Shown here: piece after piece, positions 50,455-61,113 of the stretch
How positions within the stretch are numbered: the stretch's first letter is position 1
How the letters are laid out: every line of letters starts with the position of its first letter
Assembly: GCA_004431415.1 (NCBI GenBank)
Contig: QPMI01000205.1
Coordinates: 62,001 to 126,000 of the forward strand
DNA: 64,000 nt
Direction: 5' to 3'
DNA from: Cyanophora paradoxa CCMP329
Lineage: Eukaryota; Plantae; Glaucophyta
The notes under the pieces: generated by a model
The model's input: only the letters and a program-made list of their open reading frames with translations
What the model was told of the DNA's origin: nothing
Database searches by the model: none
Translations under genes and position numbers: made by a program

Positions 50455-50805
50455 ATTCGTAGCCCGAGGCACTCCCGCCGCCCGCCAACGTCCACCACCT
50501 CCCACCCTCTCTCCCCTGCCTTGCTTAGGGCTCAGAGGCCTGTACACGAATCGCTAGCGCCCGCCCTATCTTATATACTTGCAGTTGACATCCACGCCTT
50601 CAGCGCGGGCGTCGACGAGGCCTAGGCAGAGGAAGTCGGGTGCACGTCACGGCGTGGCTCATATCGCTGTATAATCGAGGCGGGGCGGGCCGGGAGGGAG
50701 GGTTGGCGGTTGCGGGGAGGCGTGCGGGAGGGCGTGGGGGGGCGAGCTGCCTGGTTCGGGGTCCGGCGGGCTCTGAGCGGGGCGGGGCGGGGGTCTGGGG
50801 TGCGG

Positions 50806-52202
50806 CTAGACGAAGAAGCGGACGAGGAGCTTCTCCTGCTGCTGCATGCCGGGGGGCGCGGCGGCGGGGGCCCCCGCGGGGGAGGCCTCCACGCCGGCGC
50901 AGGCGTCGCAGAGCGCCTCGCCGTCCTTGGAGCAGAAGGTGTCGGGCAGCGCCCCCGCGCACTTGCCGCACCGGAAGCAGGCCTCGTGGTACATCTTCTC
51001 CGCGAACTCCAGGATGGCCCCCTCGATCGGCACCCCGCACTTCGCGCACTCCGGCAGGTTGTACCTGCCCGCCCCCGCCCCCGTCAGCGCGGGCGGCGGG
51101 GGGGGGCGGGGGCTCGGGGGCTCGGGGGGCGCGCTTGGTGAAGCACTCCTCGCAGAAGGCCTTCTCGTCCTTCTCCACAAACCCGCCCTCGATCGCCTTC
51201 TCGCACTGCCCGCACCTGCCCCGCCCGCCCCCGCTCAGCCCCGCCCCGCCCCCGCCCCGCTCAGGGGGCGCGCCTGAAGCACTCCGGGTGGAAGTGGCGG
51301 CCCCCGAGCGCCTCCACAACGCTCTCCGTGATCGGCTGCGCGCCCCCGCCCCTCCTCAGCCGCGCGCCGCCCCCCGGAGCCCGCCCCGCCCCGCCCGCAC
51401 CTTCTCGCACTTGTCGCACTTCTGCGCGTGCAGGTTCTCGAAGCAGGCCTTGCAGAACGGCTTGCCGTCCTGCCGCCGGCGGTCAGCGGGGGCGAGGCCG
51501 GGGCCGGGTGCGGCGCCCCGCGCGCCTGCTGGTTGAACTTGGAGCCGATGGAGGCCTTGCACGAGCTGCACACGAAGCCTGCCGGCCCCGTCAGCTGGCC
51601 CGGCCCCCGCGCACCCAGCGGCCGGCAGCCTGCGCACACGCCGCGTGCCACCGCCGGCCGAGCGCCTTCGTCACCGTCCCCTCTGTGATCTCTTTCTGCG
51701 CCCCGGAGGGTCAGGGAGCGTGCGCGGGGCGCAGGCGGGCGCCGGGAGTTGGACCTGGCAGCTGGGGCATACGTTCATGTCGACCGCGGGCTCGTCCTGC
51801 TTGGCGGGCGAAGGTGGCTCTGCACCGCCTTCTGAAATGCGCAGCGATGCGATCGAGTAGCCCGAGGACGTGTCATGGGAGCCAGCTGGTGCGAGCGCAG
51901 CGTCCGTGTTCTCGGTGTAGTTGGCCACGACGGTGTCTCCATCCTTCAGAAGGTCCCCGATCGCGTCTCCCCCGTCCAGCACCGCGCCGTCGAGATCCTC
52001 GTACTGCTTGACCACGAACGCGGCCGGCGCCTGCGTACGGCTTAGCTTCGAGGAGCCAACACGCGTGCCGCGAAAGGAAACGCGCCTTGCCCGTCGTCTT
52101 CGCAACCCGCTGAACCGCGTCCGCGCCAACCTGGCTCACTGTCTGCTCCGGCTTGCACGGTACGAGGATGGAGGTAGTGCCAAACACAAACTTCAGCTTC
52201 AT
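50806..52202 (-). CDS. Protein with N-terminal Par3/HAL-N-like (beta-grasp) domain and three LIM domains
   Basis: MKLKFVFGTTSILVPC...DGAVLDGGDAIGDLLKDGDTVVA, then three CxxC..HxxCFxCxxC..CxxC LIM units, ending VRFFV*. Confidence 0.85.
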
Positions 52203-52529
52203 TGCACTGAGAAACACCCGCTAGTCGCTAGCTATGGATCAGGCGCGAGGTTAGCTGGCGTGTTCTTGAGCGTACCCCGCCCAGAAGTCTGGCCCTCAAA
52301 TCAAAGAGTCCGCGGCACCTGCACGGGCGCTCTGAGAGTTCCAAAATCACCGCATTTGTCTCCTCGAACCCCCGGCAGCGGTTGGCTTTGTTTCCGCTCT
52401 GGTTGTCGCTCAGCGCGACACGGCCACTCGTACGCACGCCTTTCGGAGTGCAGGGGTGCCGATCTCCTTTTCTGGCCGCTCGGCGTGGCGGCGGGCGCGG
52501 CGGCCCCTCGCATGCCACCGACGTCGAGA

Positions 52530-54438
52530 ATGGGCCGTCGCATGCGCGGATTGCGATGGCTCGCAGCTGCGATCGTGGTGCTCTCGGTGCTGGAGCGTGG
52601 CGCGGCAAGCGAGCGCCCTGACGCAGCAAGCGAGCGCGCTGGCGTCGCCGTAATCGGCAGTGGCATCTCGGGCAGCGTGGCTGCGCTGCAGCTCAGGCGG
52701 ATGGCGGGCGACTCGATCGAGATCGACGTCTTCGAGCGGGAGGAGGAGGTGGGTGGCCGAATGCAGACGGTGCACGTGCCCGGCGTGGACGAGCCGGTTG
52801 AGATCGGGGCCTCCATCTACCATGGTGCGCGCCTGTCGGCCCCAGGGCTCGGGCTCGAGCTCACCTGCACGCGCGTGCATGGGCGAAGAATCCAATAAGC
52901 GAGTACGGGATCTGGCGCGGGAGCTGAATTTGACGGAGCGGAGCCCGATGTTCGACCGGGGCACGATCGGCATCTGGGACGGCGCGCAGGGCCGCTTCGT
53001 GTTCGAGTCCTCGTCGTGGGGCCTGTGGACGAAGGCGAAGGGCCTACTGCGGTACGGGCTCTCGGCGCTGCGGTCGGGGCGGGTGGTCGGGGAGGCGGTG
53101 GCGAACTTCACGCGCAACTACGAGCTCTTCGAGGGGGAGGCCTTCCCCTCCGTGCCCGCCTTCCTCGAGGCCACCGGCCTCGCCGCGCTGCCGGCCCAGA
53201 CGCTCCGCGCGCGCCTCGAGGCGGCCGGCGTGGGCGAGGCGTACCTCTCGGAGCCGGCGACGGCGATCCTGCGCGTCAACTACAACCAGAACCTCTCGAT
53301 CAACGCTCTGGCGGGGCTCGTGGGGCTGGCCGGCAGCGGCGCGACCCTCCTCTCCGTGCGCGGCGGCAACCGCCTCCTCGCCGAGCGCGCCCTCCGCGCC
53401 GCCGCCGCCCGCCTCTCCCTCGCCCACCCCGTCGAGGCCGTCGAGGGCCCCCGGGGCGGGCCCTACACCCTCCGCCTCGCCTCCGGCGCCACCCGCGGGC
53501 CCTACCGCGCCGTCATCCTCGCGGGTGCCGCCTCCCCGCCCCGCCCCGCCGCCCCAGCCCCGCCCTGCGGCCGAGCGCGAGGCCGCCGGGCCCTGGCAGC
53601 GCCGCTGGGGCTCTCGGGGATCGAGCTGCGGGTGGCCGGCGTGCGGCCGCCGGCGCCCGTGCCGTACGTGACGACGGAGGCGACGCTGGTGGTGGGGCGC
53701 CTGCGGGGGTCCCCTTCGGGCGGGCGGACGGGGACCTCCCCTCCTCCGTCTTCACCACCGACGCCCCGGACCCCGACCTCCCCTTCACCTGGCCCGCCCC
53801 GCCCCGCCCGCCCGCCCGCCCCGGCCCCGCGCGCTGATCCCCGCCACCCGGCCCGCAGCATCTCCCGCCTGCGCGCCATCGGCCCGCCCTCGCGTGCGCC
53901 CCCGCGGGGGCCGGGGCTTGCGGGGGCTGGGGGGAGCGACGGGGGGCCAGGGACGGGGCCTGGCGCTGTACAAGCTCTTCTCGCGGAGCGCCTCCCCGAC
54001 GCCCTCCTCGAGCGCCTCTTCGGGCGCCCCGTCTGGACCTTCCGGTGCCGCCCCCGCCCCGCCCCGCCCCGCCCCGCCCCGCCCGCCCCGCCCGCCGGGC
54101 CGGTCGAGCCTCGGGCCGGCGCACGGCAGGCGGGCGTGGCGGGCGTACCCGGCGCTGGAGGCGGGGCGGGAGGCGGCGGCGGTGGAGCTGGCGCCGGGCC
54201 TGCTCTACGCGGGGGCCCTCGAGGCGCTCGTCTCGACCATCGAGTCGCAGGCCATCGCCGGCCGCAACGCCGCCGCCCTCGCCGCCACCCTCCTGCCCAC
54301 GCCCCACGCCCCCCGCCCCCGGCCCCGGCCGCCCCCCGCCCCGCTCCGGTCGAGCCCGAGCCCGAGCATGAGCACTGCCGCGGCGCGAACGCACCCCCGG
54401 GCGTCTGCGAGGCCCCGCCCGCGGCCGCCGCCGCGTGA
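52530..54438 (+). CDS. Prenylcysteine oxidase/lyase family flavoprotein
   Basis: Signal peptide, VAVIGSGISG, VFEREEEVGGRM, EIGASIYH, RVNYNQN, SVRGGN, YKLFS, WRAYP, STIESQAIAGRNAA. Single-base indels in G runs. Confidence 0.9.
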
Positions 54439-54874
54439 CGGCGCGTCCGCAAACTTTTCGAAACCCCTCGGGGCCTCTTGCCGTCACCCCTTCGAAAACG
54501 TGATGGCAGCAGCAGGGCTAGAACTTTCGTTTTCTGGTCGTGAAGTCTTCAAACTGTTCAAGCATTCAAAACATACACGGACCCTAGGCCTACTTGAATA
54601 GACGAGAGGATACTATTTTACGACACGCGCAACACTGCGCCACAAAAAATGCGAAGATCGACGAGTTTGCGGCAAAGCGAAGACAAAGTCATGTATACGT
54701 AGCTATGAAGGATTTATACAAATTTTCGGCAAGGTAATATGCAAAACTAGTCAAGTTATTATAGCGCGCCCCGATTATCCTCGAAGCGCTCCTGCCAGAA
54801 TGCCGGCTGTTGAAACGAGGAGGGGCCTTGCGCAAGGGCGATGCTGGGCGCTGGAGGAGGGGCGGTGGGGGCGG

Positions 54875-56598
54875 CTAGAAGGCGCGCGGGGTGCCGGGGC
54901 GGGGGCCCTCGAGCGGGGCGAGGACGAGGCGGGAGGGCCGCTCGCGGTCGGGGGCCGGGGCCGGCCATGGCTCGGGGAGGCGCGGGGCGTCGACCTCGAG
55001 GGGCGGGAGCTGCGAGGGCAGCGGCCGCGGCAGCAGCTTAGGGCTCTCCGCCGAGCGCGCCCGCGGCCGCGCGCCCCGCACGCCGGCGCTCCCCGCGGGG
55101 CCGGGCGGCTGCTCGAAGAGGGGCATGGAGCGGCGGCGGTTGGAGAGGAGGTCGGGCTCGGAGGGCTCGGGGGAGGGGCGCGCGAGGGGCAGGGAGCGGC
55201 GGAGGGAGGCGAAGGCGGGGGCCGCCTCCGCCTGCCCCACCACGACCACCCCCGACGGCTGCGTCACGGCCAGCACCGGGGGCGGGGCGAGACTCGGCAG
55301 CGCCGACATCGACTGGGAGCCCGAGAGGCCCGGGGGAGCGGGGAGCCCTCCTCCTCGGCCAGCGCCCGCGCCAGCGCCTCCGCCTCCCGCACCCGCCGCC
55401 GCTCCCGCTCCCGCGCCCGCTCCTCCGCCGCGCGCCCCGCGTCCGCCACCTGGGCCGCCCCGTCGGCCTCCGCGAGCGCGGCGTTGGAGCGGGGCGCACG
55501 GGGAGGGGGCGGGGGTCGGAGTCGGCGACCCAGGGGTGGGCGGCGAGGGCGGCGGCGTTGGGGCGCTCCAGGGGGTCCCAGTGGAGCATGCTCTTCAGCA
55601 GACGCCGGCAGCGCGAGGAGAGGAACTCGGGCACGTAGAGGCGCTCCCCGGCGGCGAGCTCGGGGAGCGGGCTGTAGCCGCAGACGAGCTCAAAGAGGAG
55701 GGCGCCGGCCGCCCAGATGTCCGCCGGCCGCAGCACGATGTGGCCCCCCGACGCCGCCTCCGGCGCCAGCGCGCTCATCGGCCGCGGCCTGCCCGCCCCG
55801 CGCCCCCGCGTCGGCGGCACGACGGCGGGCGGGGCGAGGGCGGGGCGGGGCGGACGCGTTGGGGGCGAGGCGGGAGACGGGGAGGGGCGGGGCGAGGAGC
55901 TCGCCCCGCGCCGGCACGCGCTCGGCGGCCTCGAAGTCGCAGAGCTTGAGGATGGGCACCTGGCTCCCCGGCGGCATCGAGAGGAGGCAGTTCGAGGCGC
56001 GCACGTCCCGGTGCGCCACCCCCTGCCTGCCCGCCCCGCCCCGCCCCTCGGCCCGGCTCCGGGGCCGTTGGGGCGGGGCGGCGCGGCGGCGGGGCGCACG
56101 AGTGGCAGTAGACGAGGGCGTGGACGAGCTGGACGAAGAGGCGGCGGGCGTGGCCCTCGCCCAGCTTCCCGTCCAGCACGCCCGCCAGCGAGCCGCCCTC
56201 CGCGTACTCGAGGAAGGTCACCACGCGCGCCGGCTGCTCGATCTGCGTGATCGTCTTGACGACGCCGGGGTGGTCCAGCCCCGAGAGGATCGCGTGCTCC
56301 CGCACGAGCGGGCCCGCCGCCGCCTTCGTCGCGATCTTCGCCACCGCCGCCTGCCCCGTCACCTGGTGCTTCGCTTTCCGTATCTCTGCGCCGCCGCGGC
56401 GCGCTCAGTGTTGAGCGAGTCGGAGGGAGAGGAGGCGAGGGCTTCGGGCTCACCGCGCACGCCGTCGCCGTCGGGCCTCTCGTAGATGCGCTCCTCGAGG
56501 TTGAAGCCGCCGCAGGAGCGCCGCTTGCTCTTTCTCCCCTCGCCCGCCCCGCCCAACGCGGAGATCGAGCCGAGACTGGAAGGCACCTGCGGCGGCAT
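54875..56598 (-). CDS. CAMK-group-like Ser/Thr kinase-domain protein, atypical motifs
   Basis: AVAK, REHAILSGLDHPGVV, LEYAEGGSL, AHRDVRASNCLL, LKLCDFE, APE, DIWAAG, DPLERP..HPW. Both ends uncertain. Confidence 0.8.
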
Positions 56599-57166
56599 CT
56601 CCGCGCGGCCTGCCGTCGCTGCGAAGGTTTGCCGGCGCAGCTCCTCCTACGCGCAGCTGATGATGTCACGGTGTCAACCCCGCGGCCGATGGCGTCGAGT
56701 AGATCGTTGTCTGTATCGCTGCACAAGCTCAACGTTCTGCTGAACGAAAAAGCGCGCTGATGGTCGCTGCGGCCGCCGGCTGGTCGAACACTACTTGGTC
56801 GAAACCGATATCGATCCGCGGCCCTCGCCAGGCTTGCTCGCGGCGCCGTGGCAATCAAAGCCCGTTTTCCGAACTCGCTCAGCAGAAGAAAGGCTCACGA
56901 AGCACTGGCGCCGAAGGGCTCAGCGGTTGCGGCCTCATAATGCTCTTGGGGCCGCTACGTGGCGTGCTACAGCTAGCGCTGCCTCGCGCGCGCAGGGGCG
57001 CCTGGGAACTACGAACGCGACGGAGATCGAAGCGGCTGCGGCCCTTCTGAAAGCCGTCGCACGGGCGCGAAGCCTGCGAAGCTTGGACCTCCGCAGTTTC
57101 CCCAACATACCCCGCATCCTCTGATTCGCGTACCCCCCGTCGGCGCGGTTGACCGCCGAACGAGCG

Positions 57167-59162
57167 ATGCCGGCGCGCGGCGTGACGGTGGAGGCGCGCT
57201 TCGAGCGAACAGCGTTCTTCCCGGGCGAGCAGCTGCGAACGCGCATCTTCGTCTCGTTCGATCCGAGCCAGGCGCAGCGGCGGCCCTCGTCAGGCCAGCT
57301 GAGCTCGCCGGCCGACACGGCGCACACCCTGTCGCAGCTAGTCATCCCCGACGACGACGACGCGTTTGACCTGGAATGGCTCGCGGTGCAGCTGCACGGC
57401 CAGGCGTTCGTGAACCCGGCGCTCGTTTCGCTGCCGGCGAATCCGGAGCCTCCGAAGAGCGAGAAGACTGTTGATGCGGACGGGCGCGTGCGGCCCCCAA
57501 ACTTCGCGCAAGCTGGTGCGGGCTGTTTTTCGCGCCGGCCGCTCCTCGTCCTCAACCGGCGCGCAGACGAGACGGGCCGGTGCATCTTCGTAACTCGGCC
57601 CGCGGTTCTTTTGCAGAACGTGCACATCCCGGTCGGCTCCAAGCGAGAGCGTGCGCCCGACCGGCCGGCGGGCGGCGCGCTAGCCCTGACTGGCGGGCAG
57701 TGTCGTACACGGCGACGCTGCCGAGCAGCCTGCCGCCGTCGTACCGGGGCACGGCGGTGCGGTACTCGTACTTCCTCGCGGTGGGCATCCAGGAGCGGGG
57801 CCAGCCGCACCGCGTCCTCAAGGTCCCCTTCCGCCTCCTCGTCAACGCCGGTCCGCCCCGCCCCCGCCCCCGCCGCCCCGGCCCCTGAGCGCGGCGGCAG
57901 GCGGCAGCTGCCTGCTCTCCGTCTTCCCGGGGTACCCCGAGCTGGAGGAGTGCGGGGTCAAGGTGAAGGAGATGCTCAGCGGCAAGCAGGCCCTGGAGAG
58001 CGCGAGGGTAGAGGGCGCGCGCCGCCGCGGGGCCGGGCGGGGCGCCGGCGGGGCCTGACGGCTGCCGCAGACGTCGCGCCGAGCTCCTCGGAGGGGCCCG
58101 GGGGCGACGGGGTCGACGCCGCGAGCCTCGCGCGCCTGCGGCAGCTGCGGCGCATGGAGACGGCCGACCGGGACGAGCACGGGAGCCCGCGCTACGAGGT
58201 CCCCGTGGGCGCCGTCGACCGCCCGGGGGGGCCCTGGGCGGAGGAGGAGGAGTCGGAGGAGGAGGGGGCCGGGGAGCGGGAGGAGGCGCGGGAGGGGGAG
58301 GAGCCCTTCTCCGTGGACCCCGACTTCGCGGTGCTCGCGGGGGGCGCCCCCGCGGCCCTCGCCGCCTCCTTCGGCGCCCTCGACTCGGCCGACTGGGACG
58401 CCGCCATCGCCGACGGCGCCCCGGGGCCCCGCGCGCCCCGCCCCGCCCCGCCCCCCGCCCCGCCCGCGCTGACCCGGCCGCAGCGTCGTTCAACATCCGG
58501 CACGGCGAGGCGTCGATGGCGCGGTTCGCGCTGGGGCGGGAGGCCTTCCGCGTGGGGGACGCGGTGAGCGGCGTCCTCGACTTCTCGCTGGGGAGCGCCC
58601 CCTGCACCGCCCTTCGCGTCCTCCTCGAGTGCGAGGAGAGCGTCGCCCCGGGCATGGTCGCCCCCGCCCCCAAGGGCAAGCCCGCCCCGCCCGCCTCCTC
58701 CGCCCGCACCCTCGGCGAGATCCAGGTCCGCCGCCCCCGCCCCGCCCCGCCGGGCCGGCGCCCGGGGCCGAGGCGGCCGGCAGGAGCTCACCCTCGCCTC
58801 CCTGCTCACGAGCTTCTCCTTCTACGTGCCGCACGACGCCCCCGCCTGCTTCTCCTCCGACATCGGTGCGCGCCCCGCAGCCCCCCGCCGCCCCCCCCCC
58901 GCCCCCGACCCGGCGCGCAGTCTCCGTCAAGTACACCCTCCTCCTCGAGTTCGTCGTGCCGGGGCCGAAGCCGGCCGACAAGAGGCGCCCCGCCGGCGCG
59001 GCGGGGGCCGGGGCCGGGGCCGGGGAGGGGGAGCGCCCCGCGTGGCCGGCGGCGTGCGAGGAGCCGGTCGAGGTCCTCCAGTGGCGCACCCCCGTCACCC
59101 TCCTCAACGCCCGCATCCCCACCTCCGCCGGGCCCCCGCTCTCCCTCGCCCTCGCCCTCTGA
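57167..59162 (+). CDS. RGP1: Rgp1 (Rab6/Ypt6 GEF complex subunit)
   Basis: FFPGEQL, AVQLHGQ, LPSSLPPSYRGTAVRYSY, AFRVGDAVSGVLDFS, FSSDIVSVKYTLLLEFV, LQWRTPV. Confidence 0.8.
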
Positions 59163-59396
59163 CCGGCCGACCCCCGTCGCTCCCGGCCCCATGCACGCTG
59201 CCGAATGCGATTCCGATGCTCTCGTGGATATCACATCAGATCTCCAAGGCCCGGCCCGGCCGTCCAGTGAAGAGCATAGAGGGCGTACTGCTGGTTGTTC
59301 GGGTCTCAAAGAACCATGTCTGTACACTTGCGCGTGGGCGCACGGGAAAAACTTACGATACGATACATGACCTGCAAGCGGACTATCCTACCTGTC

Positions 59397-60180
59397 CTAA
59401 GCTGCCATTGAGCAAAAAGCAGCATGAAATGTTATGGCATGTCGCGATGTTGGTCGTTGCGGGTAGATGACCAAGCCGATGTTCGACGAAGTTGGACAAA
59501 GTTGAACCTCAATCTGCGCAAAGCGGGGATCAGCGAGCTCTCCAAGGAGAAGTGGAGTCGGGGGCGCGATGGCGCGGAGTGACGAGAGGCAGCGACGCGG
59601 TGCCGTGCATCGGCCACGGTGACGCCCTCCGTCACGCTGCAGCACTTGCGATCTAGAGCATGCATGGAGCGCCGGGAAGGAGCTGAGCCCTATTGCCGCA
59701 CAGGGGCTCCCACGCGATGGCGTGACGATAACGCAACCCTTCACCCCAAAACACGCTCCCTGGTCCCCGGCGCACCGTAGCTGATCTTGGTTGGTTCTCC
59801 CATTGAAGAAGCGTCCTCGCGGTTCACCGCGCCCGCCTCCGGAGCACCGCCCTCAAAGCGGTAGCAATCTGCATGTGCGTCACGGCCGATTGCATGCAGC
59901 CGGCATCATGACAATCTCAACGTAGTGCACCTGCGACCTCCTGGAACAGACCGGAAAAGGTGTGAGCGAAGTGGAGGCGAGGCGGGGGAGGCAAGGAGGC
60001 GCCCACCTCGCTATCACCGTCGACAAGGGCCGCCTCGTACTCCTCCGCCACCTGATGCACGATCTCAGAACACGACCTCAGGGGCCAACGGATCGGCAAC
60101 GTGGACCGCACCTTCGCCTTCTGAGAAAGCGCAATATCGGCGTTCTGTGCTGCCTCGGACTGGCTGGTTGCTGCGCCCAT
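59397..60180 (-). CDS. Hypothetical spliced protein, MGxxxS N-terminus; 3' end uncertain
   Basis: MGAATSQSEAAQNADIALSQK..VAEEYEAALVDGDSE..DCYRFEGG..TKISY joined by GT-AG introns. No family recognised. Confidence 0.35.
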
Positions 60181-60375
60181 GCTGCCTGTCCTGCTGGAAG
60201 ACGCTGACGTCGACGTTTTTACTGCTGACGGGAAACTTTTGGCTCTTGCCCTTGAGGTATGCCCTATCGCGTACCCTCGACCCCTGCCTCGTTTGGGCTT
60301 GCCGCGGCGCTGGGCTCGTTCGACACCTTGCGAACCTAGCGTCGAAGCTCCTCCTCTGATCCATTCCTTGGTCTT

Positions 60376-61113
60376 CGCTCTCGGGCCGCGTGCGGGGCGC
60401 CCGCGCGCCGCGGAGGCGTCGGCGAGGGCACGGGGACGCGGAACCGACCCGGTAAAAACGCCGATGTCCGCAAGCAGCTTTGGCCGAGTGGTTAAGGCGA
60501 TTGACTCGAAATCAATTGGGATTTCCCGCGCAGGTTCGAATCCTGCAGGCTGCGCTTTGGCCGTTTTCGACCCCCGTTCCAGCCCCCGCGGGGCCACTTT
60601 TCACCCGGCGTCCGCCAGCGGGCATGCGCGAGGCAGCGCACGTCGCGATTCGCGTCCTCCGGTGTCTGCACCGGCCCCGCGCGGTTTTGGCTGCTTGGAG
60701 ATCGCCTGCCGGTCACGCGCGGGAAGCGCGTTTGGTTCTTAAGCTTGCAACGCATGCGCAGTTCTCTTCGATTCAGCTAGAAAGCTCAGCTAGCGCTAGA
60801 TTCTTCGCGCTCAGCGCCTTGCGGTAGCGTTGCCAGCTGCAGCGCTAGAGCTATGCATATGGCGCTGGTGATAACTGCAGCACGAGTGCCAGCATCGATA
60901 TTAACCAAGAACATGGGACGCAAGAGCGGGGCGGGCTACGCGGCGACGAAGTTGACGAGCTTGCCGGGGACGAAGACCTCCTTCTTGATGGCCTTTCCGT
61001 CGAGGAACTTGGCCACGTTCGGCTCCGCTTTGGCCGCCGCCAGCACCTCCTCCTTCCCCGCCGTCGGGCTCACCTGCAGCTGTGCCCGCAGCTTCCCGTT
61101 CACCTGCGCACGC
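60376..61113 (+). repeat. Source copy of the 738-bp inverted duplication
   Basis: Reverse complement of 47088-47825, continuous with the intact LeuRS gene. Confidence 0.95.
60474..60554 (+). tRNA. tRNA-Ser (anticodon CGA)
   Basis: Acceptor stem GCAGCTT/AGGCTGC with G discriminator, D arm TGGCCGAGTGG, anticodon arm ATTGA-CT-CGA-AA-TCAAT, long variable arm GGGATTTCCC, T loop GGTTCGAATCC, TTTT shortly downstream. Confidence 0.97.

Noticed and set aside
53700-54360. Apparent programmed frameshifts or pseudogenisation in prenylcysteine oxidase (also POC1 ~19960, ~28620, the kinase tail and the ankyrin gene)
   Set aside because: The breaks I examined fall in G/C homopolymer runs and are fixed by one base (e.g. 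TCG CGG [G]AG CGC restores YKLFSRERLPD). This is typical long-read consensus error, with no slippery-site pattern.
54500-54770. AT-rich stretch as a possible ncRNA
   Set aside because: No recognisable RNA-family motif. It is consistent with 3' UTR/terminator DNA between convergent genes.
47826-60375. Composite transposon or integrated element bounded by the 738-bp inverted repeats
   Set aside because: The repeats are host sequence (tRNA plus LeuRS exon). The enclosed genes are ordinary intron-rich host genes, and I see no transposase, integrase or target-site duplication.
60474-60554. Recoding tRNA (Sec, suppressor or Ser/Leu identity switch) suggested by adjacency to LeuRS
   Set aside because: Anticodon CGA, G discriminator and long variable arm are standard for tRNA-Ser. 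Conserved proteins translate correctly with the standard code.
60555-60720. Dicistronic tRNA-snoRNA in the conserved tRNA 3' flank
   Set aside because: A TTTT terminator lies about 10 nt after the tRNA. I see no clear C/D or H/ACA boxes or compensatory changes between copies, and duplication alone explains the similarity.
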